Of a stretch of DNA of 64,000 nt, positions 1 through 10,139 are shown one piece after another. Source of the stretch: Deferribacterales bacterium (GTDB lineage: Bacteria > Chrysiogenota > Deferribacteres > Deferribacterales > Geovibrionaceae). The stretch lies in NCBI GenBank assembly GCA_050253075.1, contig JBFWJS010000001.1:448001-512000 (forward strand). Reading direction: 5' to 3'. The translations under genes were made by a program, and so were the position numbers. Under the pieces are notes generated by a model. It had not been told where the DNA came from. It was given only the letters and a program-made list of their open reading frames with translations, and searched no databases. Every line of letters starts with the position of its first letter. Position 1 is the first letter of the stretch.

Positions 1-210
1 CACCACAACGTCAGCCTTAACGCCGTATTTCTCGATATTTTCGATAGTTTCCAAAATGAGCGACAGCCTCAGACGCAGCTTTTTCCCTTCACCCTGATTC
101 AGGTCTACGACAAACTTAGCCGTATCCAGACCGGATATAGAAGCAGGCGCAGCCGCATATGCAGGGACTATCAGAGCCAGTGTTAAAAGAATAAATAAGA
201 GCTTTTTCAT
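1..210 (-). CDS. 5' part of an exported protein, possibly DsrE-like; runs off the window start
   Basis: ATG at 210 preceded by AGGTG. Reads MKKLLFILLTLALIVPAYAAAPASISGLDTAKFVVDLNQGEGKKLRLRLSLILETIENIEKYGVKADVVV, i.e. a signal peptide then an alpha/beta segment. Confidence 0.5.
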   Translation of the reverse strand, partial: MKKLLFILLTLALIVPAYAAAPASISGLDTAKFVVDLNQGEGKKLRLRLSLILETIENIEKYGVKADVVV

Positions 211-276
211 AGTCGCACCTCTAATAATACTTAATTTAAGAGGCGAACGGTTTTAAACAAGATTAATTTTATCTGA

Positions 277-1044
277 TTAGATGTCTATTCTGATGAGAGG
301 TGTTTCTCTGCGGAGTATTTCCGTGGGGACTTTATAGTTATTTGTACAGAAATCTGCGTATGTGCCGAGCAGGTCGTAGCAGTTGTTCTCGTCGCTCACA
401 TGGGCGAAGAATATGCGCCCTACCCCCGTGTCGCATATGGAGCCGACCAGCTTCAGGGCATCTCTGTTTGAGAGGTGTCCTTTATGGGACGATATCCTGT
501 TTTGAAGATATTTCGGGTATGGTCCGTTGGCGAGCATCTCAGGCTCGTAGTTAGACTCGAGCACTAGTAAGTCACTGCAGCAGAGGAAGTATTCAGTATC
601 TTTCGGTACGGTGCCGAGGTCTGTTGCGAAGGTGACTACCTTCTCCCCGAACTGAAAGCGGTATCCGAAGGGCTCTGCCGAGTCGTGGCTGATATTGAAA
701 GGATGAACGCTGAATCCGCCGAGCTCGTATTCTTCCCCTCCGTGGAGGATGTAAAAATGCGAAACGTCGTGCCCCTTTTCGCCTATGGCATCTGCTGTGC
801 CGTGGCTGAGGTAGACTTTCGGTTCGAACCTGTTCAGGAAAGGTTTCAGCCCTGCTATGTGGTCGTGGTGTTCGTGTGTGATGAAAAGGTGAACCTGTTT
901 CCCTGCGAAGGAATCAATGTCTACGCATTCCTTAATGGCTTTCAGCGGGATACCCACATCGACAAATACGACATGCTCGCCGTTTTCGATGAAGTAGCAG
1001 TTGCCAGAACTGCCCGATGACACACAGGAAAATGTGAGGCTCAA
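277..1044 (-). CDS. Metallo-beta-lactamase-fold hydrolase (YycJ/WalJ-like)
   Basis: SSGSSGNC, THEHHDH, SHD, TDLG, LESNY, GHLSN and AHVS motifs. Confidence 0.85.
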   Translation of the reverse strand: MSLTFSCVSSGSSGNCYFIENGEHVVFVDVGIPLKAIKECVDIDSFAGKQVHLFITHEHHDHIAGLKPFLNRFEPKVYLSHGTADAIGEKGHDVSHFYILHGGEEYELGGFSVHPFNISHDSAEPFGYRFQFGEKVVTFATDLGTVPKDTEYFLCCSDLLVLESNYEPEMLANGPYPKYLQNRISSHKGHLSNRDALKLVGSICDTGVGRIFFAHVSDENNCYDLLGTYADFCTNNYKVPTEILRRETPLIRIDI

Positions 1045-1607
1045 ACCAGTCCCTCGTTCTTTTTGAAAAATGTGACTGCGGATATGAACATGGCAGTTAA
1101 TCCTATGACGGCCTTTTCAGCGGGGTGGACATCCAGCCCGAAGAACGCCAGCCATAAAAATGCAGTGAGAAGCATGCTGCCGAAGGATATCCAGCGGTAA
1201 GTGCGAAGCCCCTTTATCTGCCAGAAGCCGCTGCGCACCGGGCGGAAATACATCACCTGTATGATAAAGATCATCATAACTGCGGCTATCCCCTTGTCCA
1301 TCCCCGATCCGTTCACGGCGTACAGTACCAGCACCCATAAGAGTATCAGGGTGAATACCAGCTTTGTCATAAACAGGAAAGGTCTGGATAACAGATAGTC
1401 GAGCATCTTCGTCACAGGGTTTCCAAAGGTTATCTCGGAATCTATGTATGCCTTTGACATTACGGTCAGAAGCAGGAGGAGAAGCATGGCCGGGATATCC
1501 GCACCCGCAGTGATGCCCAGTATCGGCACCCAGAAGGGTATCAGATAAAACACGAAGCAAAGACCGAATAGAGGATTTGAAATGATATATCCTAACAGCG
1601 GGCTCAC
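1041..1607 (-). CDS. Hypothetical multi-pass membrane protein
   Basis: About 6 hydrophobic segments; 4-bp overlaps with both neighbours. Confidence 0.7.
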   Translation of the reverse strand: MSPLLGYIISNPLFGLCFVFYLIPFWVPILGITAGADIPAMLLLLLLTVMSKAYIDSEITFGNPVTKMLDYLLSRPFLFMTKLVFTLILLWVLVLYAVNGSGMDKGIAAVMMIFIIQVMYFRPVRSGFWQIKGLRTYRWISFGSMLLTAFLWLAFFGLDVHPAEKAVIGLTAMFISAVTFFKKNEGLV

Positions 1608-4165
1608 TTGTTTGCCTTCTCCTTAAGCTCGTTTAATATGTTCAGCGCCTGTATGGGTGTCAGAGCGTTCACGTCGAGAGCTTTCAGCTCGTCTACAACG
1701 GGATGGTCGTCGAATACCAGCATGGTCTGCACAACGCCCGCCTCGTGCTTCTTCTTCTCTTTTTTCGGGGTGTTTGCCATCCCCTGCGGAGAGAGTTCGT
1801 TCTTTTCAAGGTTTCGCAGGATGTCGTTTGCCCTGCCGATAACTTCCTTCGGCAGTCCAGCCAGCTCCGCCACGTGGATACCGTAGCTTTTGTCTGCCGT
1901 TCCCGCACGCACCTTACGCATGAAGATAAGCTGTCCTTCGTGCTCCGCAACCTCTGTTGCACAGTTTTTTACGCCATCGGTGCTGTGGCTGATATCTGTC
2001 AGCTCGTGATAGTGGGTTGCGAAAAGGGTTTTGGCGTTTATGTGGTCGGCGATATATTCTGCGACGGACCATGCGATCGATACACCGTCGAATGTCGATG
2101 TACCCCGCCCGATCTCGTCTAGGATGATCAGTGATTTGTCTGTGGCATTGTTGAGGATGTTGGCTGTCTCCACCATCTCCACCATAAAGGTCGATTCGCC
2201 CCCTGCGAGGTTGTCGCTTGCTCCCACACGGGTGAAGATACGGTCCACAATGCCTATCTCCGCCTCGGAAGCAGGGACGTATGAGCCGATATGCGCCATA
2301 AGTGTTATGAGGGCGCACATGCGGAGGTAAGTCGATTTACCCGCCATGTTCGGCCCTGTGATGATGGTCAGACGGCTTTTGTCTATGTCCATCTCTATGT
2401 CGTTCGGCACGTATGCGGTGGATATATTCTTTTCCACCACGGGGTGACGCCCGTCTTTGATGATGATGTCGTCGAATGCGCCGACCAGCGGTTTGCGGTA
2501 GTCGTTTGCCACTGCTGCCTTCGCAAGGGAGAGCAGACAGTCCAGCTCGGACACTGTACCAGCGGATGCTCTCAGCCTCGCTGTGCTTTCGGCAACTTTC
2601 GTACGTATCTCGGAAAAGAGCTCATGCTCGAGGTTTACAAGCCTTGAGTCTGCGTGGAGGATCTTTTCCTCCAGATCTTTCAGCTCGGGGATAATGAAAC
2701 GCTCAGCGTTCACCAGCGTCTGTTTGCGGATGTAGTCGTCGGGCACACGGTTCAGGTGCGCTTTTGATATCTCTATATAGTATCCGAAAACCTTGTTGAA
2801 CTTCACTTTCAGGTTCGGGATGTTTGTCCTTGTCTTCTGCTCTGCTTCTATCTTCAGCAGTATCTGACGGCTGTTTTCTTTTATGTTTTTCAGCTCGTCC
2901 ACTTCGGCATTATAGCCCTTCTTTATCAGTCCGCCCTCTGTGATGGTCACCGGCGGTTCGTCCTCTATCGCCTCTTCTATCCGGTCTGTGATGTCCTTCA
3001 GGTCGTCAAAGGCTTCGTGCAGGTCTTTGATGTGCGGATTCTCACAGGATGAGAGCATGTATTTGATGGTGGGGAATGTCTCTGTGGAGTTCTTCAGCCA
3101 TACGAGGTCACGGGCGTTGCATCTGTTTGCGGACAGCCTTGTGGTGATGCGCTCAATGTCGTAAACACGCTCGAGCTGGTCACGCAGTGCTTCCGCCGTG
3201 GTCTGGCTGTTTATGAAGTATTCTATGATCTCCTGCCTGCGGAGGATAGCGTTTGTATTCCTTAGGGGGCTTATCAGCCACTTTTTCAGTGTGCGCGCAC
3301 CCATTGTGGTCTTCGTGTGGTTCAGCACGCTGTAAAGGGTGTCTTTCTCCGATCCGTCACGGCTGTTTCTGGTGAGCTCCAGCGTGGATACGGCCACGTT
3401 GTCGAGGTATACACGCTCTTCGTCCGTTACCAGCTTCGGCTTCAGCAGTGCGACGTCCAGCATCACCCTCTGCATGTACTTTATCGCCATATAGATAGGC
3501 GCAGCGTATGAGATATTGTCCAGCCCGAGTGACTTCATGGCACCCACGCTGTAGTGCTCCATTACCTCACGGGATGCGAGGGATTCGGAAAATGTTCCGC
3601 CGAATTCAAAAGCATTCGGTATGTCGGAGCGGTAGTTTGTGATTATCTCTTTCGGTGCGTATCTGCCGATGATGTCTCTTACACCGTCTGATTCGCATTT
3701 TTCAAGGTAGACCTCGCCTGTGGAGAGGTCTGTGAATGCGATATATGTTTTTTCGCCTTTGAATACGGTGGCGAGGTAGTTGTTATCCGTAGCGGGGAGA
3801 GCGGCATCGTCTATCACAGTGCCCGGTGTATGTACCTTTGTGACGCCCCTTTTCACTATCCCTTTCGCCTGTGCGGGGTCTTCGAGCTGGTCGCATATGG
3901 CGACGTTCTTACCCGCTTTCAGCATTTTCACCAGATAGTTCTGATAGCTGTGGTGTGGCACGCCGCACATGGGCATACCGCCGTCTTTATTTTTATCTCT
4001 GCTGGTGAGGGCTATGCCGAGTATCTTTGAGGCTTCGACGGCATCGTCACCGAACATCTCATAAAAGTCACCCATGCGGAAGAATATGATGGTTTCGGGA
4101 TACTGTTCCTTCACATCATAAAACTGCTGCATCATAGGGGTGATCTTTTCGGGTTTGTCAGACAT
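1604..4165 (-). CDS. mutS: DNA mismatch repair protein MutS
   Basis: TPMMQQ, FFRMGDFYEMF, Walker A TGPNMAGKST, STFMVEM, DEIGRGTST and SYGIHVA. Confidence 0.98.
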   Translation of the reverse strand: MSDKPEKITPMMQQFYDVKEQYPETIIFFRMGDFYEMFGDDAVEASKILGIALTSRDKNKDGGMPMCGVPHHSYQNYLVKMLKAGKNVAICDQLEDPAQAKGIVKRGVTKVHTPGTVIDDAALPATDNNYLATVFKGEKTYIAFTDLSTGEVYLEKCESDGVRDIIGRYAPKEIITNYRSDIPNAFEFGGTFSESLASREVMEHYSVGAMKSLGLDNISYAAPIYMAIKYMQRVMLDVALLKPKLVTDEERVYLDNVAVSTLELTRNSRDGSEKDTLYSVLNHTKTTMGARTLKKWLISPLRNTNAILRRQEIIEYFINSQTTAEALRDQLERVYDIERITTRLSANRCNARDLVWLKNSTETFPTIKYMLSSCENPHIKDLHEAFDDLKDITDRIEEAIEDEPPVTITEGGLIKKGYNAEVDELKNIKENSRQILLKIEAEQKTRTNIPNLKVKFNKVFGYYIEISKAHLNRVPDDYIRKQTLVNAERFIIPELKDLEEKILHADSRLVNLEHELFSEIRTKVAESTARLRASAGTVSELDCLLSLAKAAVANDYRKPLVGAFDDIIIKDGRHPVVEKNISTAYVPNDIEMDIDKSRLTIITGPNMAGKSTYLRMCALITLMAHIGSYVPASEAEIGIVDRIFTRVGASDNLAGGESTFMVEMVETANILNNATDKSLIILDEIGRGTSTFDGVSIAWSVAEYIADHINAKTLFATHYHELTDISHSTDGVKNCATEVAEHEGQLIFMRKVRAGTADKSYGIHVAELAGLPKEVIGRANDILRNLEKNELSPQGMANTPKKEKKKHEAGVVQTMLVFDDHPVVDELKALDVNALTPIQALNILNELKEKANK

Positions 4166-4179
4166 GTCATTCCTTTTTT

Positions 4180-4242
4180 CGTCATTCTGAGCTTTGCGAA
4201 TAATCTGTTATTATCAGATCCTTCACTTTGTTCAGGATGACG
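4180..4242. repeat. REP-like palindromic dimer, family A (copy A1)
   Basis: CGTCATTCTGAGC..GCGAATAATCTG..CAGATCCTTCAC..TTCAGGATGACG; inverted ends match the copies at 7350, 19520 and 38369. Confidence 0.85.
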
Positions 4243-4249
4243 TTAATAA

Positions 4250-5239
4250 TCATATTGGTTTTAAAGTTTCAAAGCCCTGACATTTAGGACAGGTATCGGT
4301 ATATTCCTTTGTGCCTTTTCCGCAGGAGGAACATTTGTACAGATCCGCATTCTCAAGGTATTTTGCGAGCATCGCATTCGGAGATACGGCGAGTGAAGCA
4401 CGGGCTATGTTGTTATTAAACCCGAACTTTTCGATATATCTGTCTATCATCTCCTGAGCCTTTTCACTATTTTGCCCGTGGAGAAATCGTGAGACTGCGT
4501 ATGTATAGATGAACGGGTTTGAAGAACCCGCCTGTATGCGTTTGATAACTATGCGCATGAGCTCCTCTGTGCGTCCGAGGTCGTAAAAAACAGACTGGAA
4601 TTTTGTCATGTCTGCGTCGGATGCGGGGAGGTCTGCGGAGAGGAAATGTTCTATCTCCACCATTGCCTTAGACTGCTTTGATATGCTGAGCATGTTGTCT
4701 ATCTGTATCATGCTGACACAGCGGGAGTTCGGTATGTATTTCTGTGCTGTTTTCAGGAATTTGCTCTGACGTGAGCCTGTGGAATCCATAGCACATCTGT
4801 AGAAGCAGTAGCCTATCTCAGGGTCGAGATTCATCCTTTCATTCTTAGCCAGGGCTTTATAAGTGTTTGCCGCTTCTTCATATTTATTCAGTTTTCTGAG
4901 GGTCTTCGCACGTAGCAGTATGCCCTCTCTGTCTGTTGTCATCTCGAGGAGCGAATGGGCTATGGTATAGTTGCCCGCTTCGAACATAACACGTCCGAGC
5001 TCCACGGTGAGAGCCCTTTTTGTGGATGAGTCTATGTCTGCACTGCGAAGTATGCTTTCGAGCACGTATGTGGCACGGTCGTACTGTTTATTCTTACGAA
5101 AGACGAGCCCCGCCGCAAAGTATGCCTCTATGCGGTCGCTCTTTTCCAGAGCGGCATTTTTGAGGTGAACGGAGGCTTTTTCATAGTTCCCCTCCGTCAG
5201 GGCAGAAAGTCCTTTGATGAATTCAATACTGTATTTCAA
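4250..5239 (-). CDS. TPR protein with C-terminal rubredoxin-like motif (LapB/YciM-like)
   Basis: TPR-like helices and C-terminal CSSCG...CPKC; lies directly downstream of the lapA-like gene. Confidence 0.75.
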   Translation of the reverse strand: MKYSIEFIKGLSALTEGNYEKASVHLKNAALEKSDRIEAYFAAGLVFRKNKQYDRATYVLESILRSADIDSSTKRALTVELGRVMFEAGNYTIAHSLLEMTTDREGILLRAKTLRKLNKYEEAANTYKALAKNERMNLDPEIGYCFYRCAMDSTGSRQSKFLKTAQKYIPNSRCVSMIQIDNMLSISKQSKAMVEIEHFLSADLPASDADMTKFQSVFYDLGRTEELMRIVIKRIQAGSSNPFIYTYAVSRFLHGQNSEKAQEMIDRYIEKFGFNNNIARASLAVSPNAMLAKYLENADLYKCSSCGKGTKEYTDTCPKCQGFETLKPI

Positions 5240-5556
5240 AGCACATCCTTCTTTTCGATATCTTTAGCTTCGGTGAAAGGTATGTTGCGGAGGCGTGTCA
5301 TCTCGTCCTCCTGCTTCTTTATGTGTTTCTTCATGCTGCCTATCTGTCTCTTCAGCCTGAATCTGTCGAGGGAGTAAAGCATCCCCGTGAGCAGAACACC
5401 AAAGAGCACGGCGCCGAGTATCACTATGAAAGCAGGGAGTTCCAGCGGCGGTCTGTTATAGAAATAGTTCACCTGCATGGGTGCCGTGTTTAATATGGCG
5501 AAGACGACTATGATGATTGTCGCCGCTATTTTTATTATTCCGCTTATTACTTTCAT
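5236..5556 (-). CDS. lapA: LPS assembly protein LapA-family membrane protein
   Basis: Two TM segments around FAILN...ELP, followed by a basic coiled-coil tail. Confidence 0.7.
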   Translation of the reverse strand: MKVISGIIKIAATIIIVVFAILNTAPMQVNYFYNRPPLELPAFIVILGAVLFGVLLTGMLYSLDRFRLKRQIGSMKKHIKKQEDEMTRLRNIPFTEAKDIEKKDVL

Positions 5557-6068
5557 TTCGCTGCCTCCAGATCGAACAGTGGTCTGAGTTTATCATAAGT
5601 ATCTGAAATATGCTCGGGCATTACCCTTGTTTCCCCTAGGACAGGCATAAAGTTTGTGTCGCCGTTCCATCTGGGGAGCACGTGAAAATGTATGTGCTGG
5701 CGTATGCCCGCACCTGCGGCCTTACCGAGGTTAAAGCCTGTGTTGAACCCTTCGGGGTTGAATGCTTTTTTGAATACTCTGAGAGCCATCTGTGCGAGCT
5801 GCATCATCTCGAGCAGTTCGTCGTCGTTCAGGTCGCAGAGGTCGCCTGTGTGCTTATATGGGACGACCATGAGGTGTCCGTTGTTGTATGGGTACAGGTT
5901 CATGATGATGAAGTTGTGCCTGCCCCTGTAGAGGATGAGGTTTTCTTTATCCTCTGCTGCGGGCTGTGAAGGGTGGTGGCAGAATACGCATCCGACATCT
6001 TCCTTCGGTTCTGAAATGTATGACATGCGCCATGGCGCCCAAAGTCTTTTTACTCCGCTCTCTTCCAT
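5553..6068 (-). CDS. HIT-family nucleotide hydrolase
   Basis: LWAPWR, CVFC, NLYPYNNGHLMVVP and histidine triad HIHFH, followed by PRWNGD. Confidence 0.92.
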   Translation of the reverse strand: MEESGVKRLWAPWRMSYISEPKEDVGCVFCHHPSQPAAEDKENLILYRGRHNFIIMNLYPYNNGHLMVVPYKHTGDLCDLNDDELLEMMQLAQMALRVFKKAFNPEGFNTGFNLGKAAGAGIRQHIHFHVLPRWNGDTNFMPVLGETRVMPEHISDTYDKLRPLFDLEAAK

Positions 6069-6820
6069 ATGCTGTCCAGCTCCGTAAATACTTCTCCGAT
6101 ACTTTTATTTATCACAATATCCGCTGTGTAGTCCAGCGGCGTTTCGGTCTGATTGATAATAACAAGCTCCGCACCGTGGTCCTTTGCGTATTTCGGCAAA
6201 AGGTTAGCCGGCATAACAGCCAGCGAAGACCCGACCACTATCATAAGCGTACACCCCGCAGCCAGCTCGAATGACTCAGCCAGCACATCCTGCGGGAGCG
6301 ACTCGCCGAAGAAGATGATGTCGGGCTTTATGATCCCTCCGCATGCGCACTCGGGGGTTGCTCCGTCCAGCATGAACTTATCAAACACGGAGTTCGTGTC
6401 GAACTCTGCCCCGCATGCGACGCATGACGCAGTGCTCATTGTGCCGTGGAGCTCCATGACGTTTTCCGACCCTGCTTTGCGGTGGAGCCCGTCTATGTTC
6501 TGTGTAATGACAGCTTTGCTGGCCTTTTGTTGCTCCAGTTTCGAAATAAATCTATGGGCAATGTTCGGCTCGGCGTGCGTGAACGGTGCGAAAAGGTCGC
6601 CTGAGAAGACCTGATAGAACTGTTTCGGGTTCATAAGGAAGCCGTCTATCTCTATCAGCTTGTCCGCATCCATCCTCTCCCACAGCCCGCTTTTGGGCGA
6701 GCGGTAGTCGGGGATGCCGCTTTCGGTGCTTATCCCTGCCCCTGTGAAGAAGATATTGTAAGGATTTTCGGCTATCATCTCAGCCAGCTTTTGTACGCTG
6801 TTCATATATTTATATAACAT
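6050..6820 (-). CDS. cobB: NAD-dependent protein deacylase (sirtuin, CobB-like)
   Basis: TGAGISTESGIPDYR, TQNIDGLH, ELHG, CxxC..CxC zinc site, KPDIIFFGE and GSSL. Confidence 0.9.
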   Translation of the reverse strand: MLYKYMNSVQKLAEMIAENPYNIFFTGAGISTESGIPDYRSPKSGLWERMDADKLIEIDGFLMNPKQFYQVFSGDLFAPFTHAEPNIAHRFISKLEQQKASKAVITQNIDGLHRKAGSENVMELHGTMSTASCVACGAEFDTNSVFDKFMLDGATPECACGGIIKPDIIFFGESLPQDVLAESFELAAGCTLMIVVGSSLAVMPANLLPKYAKDHGAELVIINQTETPLDYTADIVINKSIGEVFTELDSIWKRAE

Positions 6821-6877
6821 AGGGCGGGTTATCTATAAACACTATTAATTTCTACCCGTATCAGCTTAAAAAAATTC

Positions 6878-6906
6878 TTGATTTTTTACACGGCGGTATA
6901 TATAAA
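6878..6906 (+). promoter_or_regulatory. Putative sigma70 promoter of groESL
   Basis: TTGATT-N17-TATAAA immediately upstream of the CIRCE element. Confidence 0.6.
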
Positions 6907-6915
6907 TAAACACTG

Positions 6916-6942
6916 TTAGCACTCGACACGGCTGAGTGCTAA
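6916..6942. promoter_or_regulatory. CIRCE element (HrcA operator)
   Basis: Perfect TTAGCACTC-N9-GAGTGCTAA upstream of groES. Confidence 0.97.
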
Positions 6943-6964
6943 TAAGTCCGAAACAGAGTATAAA

Positions 6965-7000
6965 GTCATACTGGGATGTTTGGCTTACGCTCAGGATGAC
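6965..7000. repeat. Collapsed or degenerate family A REP-like element (A2)
   Basis: GTCATACTG...CGCTCAGGATGAC; the right end matches A4 and the interior is shortened. Confidence 0.6.
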
Positions 7001-7043
7001 AATAAATAAAATAAAAATAAACTAAGTATCAGGAGGAATGACA

Positions 7044-7337
7044 ATGGCATCTATCAGACCTTTACAGGACAGAATCATTGTTAAGCGTGTTGAAGCTGAA
7101 GAAAAGACTGCATCAGGAATTATCATCCCTGACAGTGCAAAAGAGAAACCTTTCGAAGGCGAGATCATAGCCGTAGGCCAGGGCAAGATCTTCGATAACG
7201 GCACAAGAGTAGAGCCTACTGTTAAAGTCGGCGACAAAGTGCTTTTCGCTAAGTATGCAGGCACAGATGTTAAATTTGACGGTGAGGACTACCTCATCAT
7301 GCGTGAAGACGATATCCTCGGTATCATCGAAGCGTAA
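7044..7337 (+). CDS. groES: Co-chaperonin GroES
   Basis: [27 protein letters not shown] and KYAGT; AGGAGG spaced correctly for ATG 7044. Confidence 0.98.
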   Translation: MASIRPLQDRIIVKRVEAEEKTASGIIIPDSAKEKPFEGEIIAVGQGKIFDNGTRVEPTVKVGDKVLFAKYAGTDVKFDGEDYLIMREDDILGIIEA

Positions 7338-7349
7338 TAAAGAAATTTC

Positions 7350-7412
7350 CGTCATCCTGAGCGGAGTGAAGGATCTGGTAATCACAGATTCTTCGGCTAG
7401 CCTCAGAATGAC
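7350..7412. repeat. REP-like palindromic dimer, family A (A3)
   Basis: CGTCATCCTGAGCGGAGTGAAGGATCT..AGATTCTTCGG..CCTCAGAATGAC between groES and groEL. Confidence 0.88.
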
Positions 7413-7429
7413 AAAATAGTAAATTATAA

Positions 7430-9097
<1,668 letters not shown>

Positions 9098-9134
9098 GGT
9101 TCATCCATACTTACACATTATAATTAACTATATG

Positions 9135-9174
9135 ATGCTGAGCTGTTATCTATTAATGGCTCAGCATTTTTTTT
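9135..9174 (+). terminator. Intrinsic terminator after groEL
   Basis: ATGCTGAGC...GCTCAGCAT stem followed by a T run. Confidence 0.8.
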
Positions 9175-9200
9175 GCCTAAATATACTCGTGACATCTGCA

Positions 9201-10139
9201 TATAGTGGACCGACGAATTGAGACAGTCAGAGTAGATTTCTAATTGTTTTTTAGCATAAAATACTAAGAGAAATCGGAGGTCCACATGAGCAAAAAGAGA
9301 CGGCAGTTTTCTGCCGAGCAGAAGACTAAGATCGTACTTGAAGTCCTTCAGAGTGATTTGACTCTGAACCAGATTGCCAGCAAATATGAAATATCTCCGA
9401 ACGTGATCCAGAACGGGAAGAAACAGTTTCTTGAGAACGCTTCTATCGCTATGGAGCCTTCTAAAGTCGTTAAAGAATATAAAGCTGAAATAGATGAGAA
9501 AGATAAAGAAATAGAAGCTCTGCATAAAGCTCTCGGTAAAGCGACCATTGAGCTGGAGTTTGTGCAAAAAAAGCTCGTCAGCTTGGGCTCATCAAATAAG
9601 AGTCTTGTGGAGCCTGAGCTGGAAAACATTAATATCGCAAGACAGTGTGCCCTTTTAAAAGTCAACAGGAGCACATTTTACTATAAGCATATCGATCGCA
9701 GCTTTGAGAATAGTCTCTTGAAACGTCGCATAAGCGAGTTGTACACAGAGCACCCAGAGCTCGGTTACCGCATGATCTAGCATCAGATTAAAGACGAGGG
9801 ATTCAAGATCGGCAAGAATAAAGTGCTGAAGCTCATGCAAGAACTAGGTATCAAATCTATTCATCCTAAGAAGAAAAAGCTTACCTCCATCAAAAGCATT
9901 GAGCATGAGACATATCCATATCTGCTTTCATTTTTACGCAATGATAAGAAGCAGGTTGTTGCCGAGTACGCCGATCAGGTGGCACAGCAAGGTTATTCTT
10001 GCCTGAAAGCTTTCAAATACTATGGATACATCGCTTGTATATGAAGTACATGGATGTGCATATGAATCAGGTGAGAATAGCGGCATAGAAACACATTAAG
10101 AAATCAACTTATGCTGTCTTGACAAGCGGTGGCACTATA
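9201..10139 (+). mobile_element. Internally deleted IS3-family element
   Basis: Imperfect 25-bp terminal IRs: TATAGTGGACCGACGAATTGAGACA (9201-9225) versus the reverse complement of 10115-10139, TATAGTGCCACCGCTTGTCAAGACA. They enclose transposase fragments. Confidence 0.8.
9286..10088 (+). pseudogene. IS3-family transposase pseudogene
   Basis: HTH N-terminus (RRQFSAEQKTKIVLEVL), RQCALLKVNRSTFYY and an in-frame TAG at 9778-9780. YPYLL..DQV then jumps to WHSKVILA*KLSNTMD (another frame, TGA at 10004) and then to a tail MDVHMNQVRIAA*. The DDE core is mostly missing. Confidence 0.85.

Noticed and set aside
6050..6820. Sirtuin as an anti-phage SIR2 effector
   Set aside because: It is a canonical zinc-binding CobB-type deacylase in a housekeeping operon with no defence partners.
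9566..9573. A7G run as an IS3 programmed -1 frameshift site
   Set aside because: The transposase-like sequence continues in the same frame across it, so no frameshift is needed.
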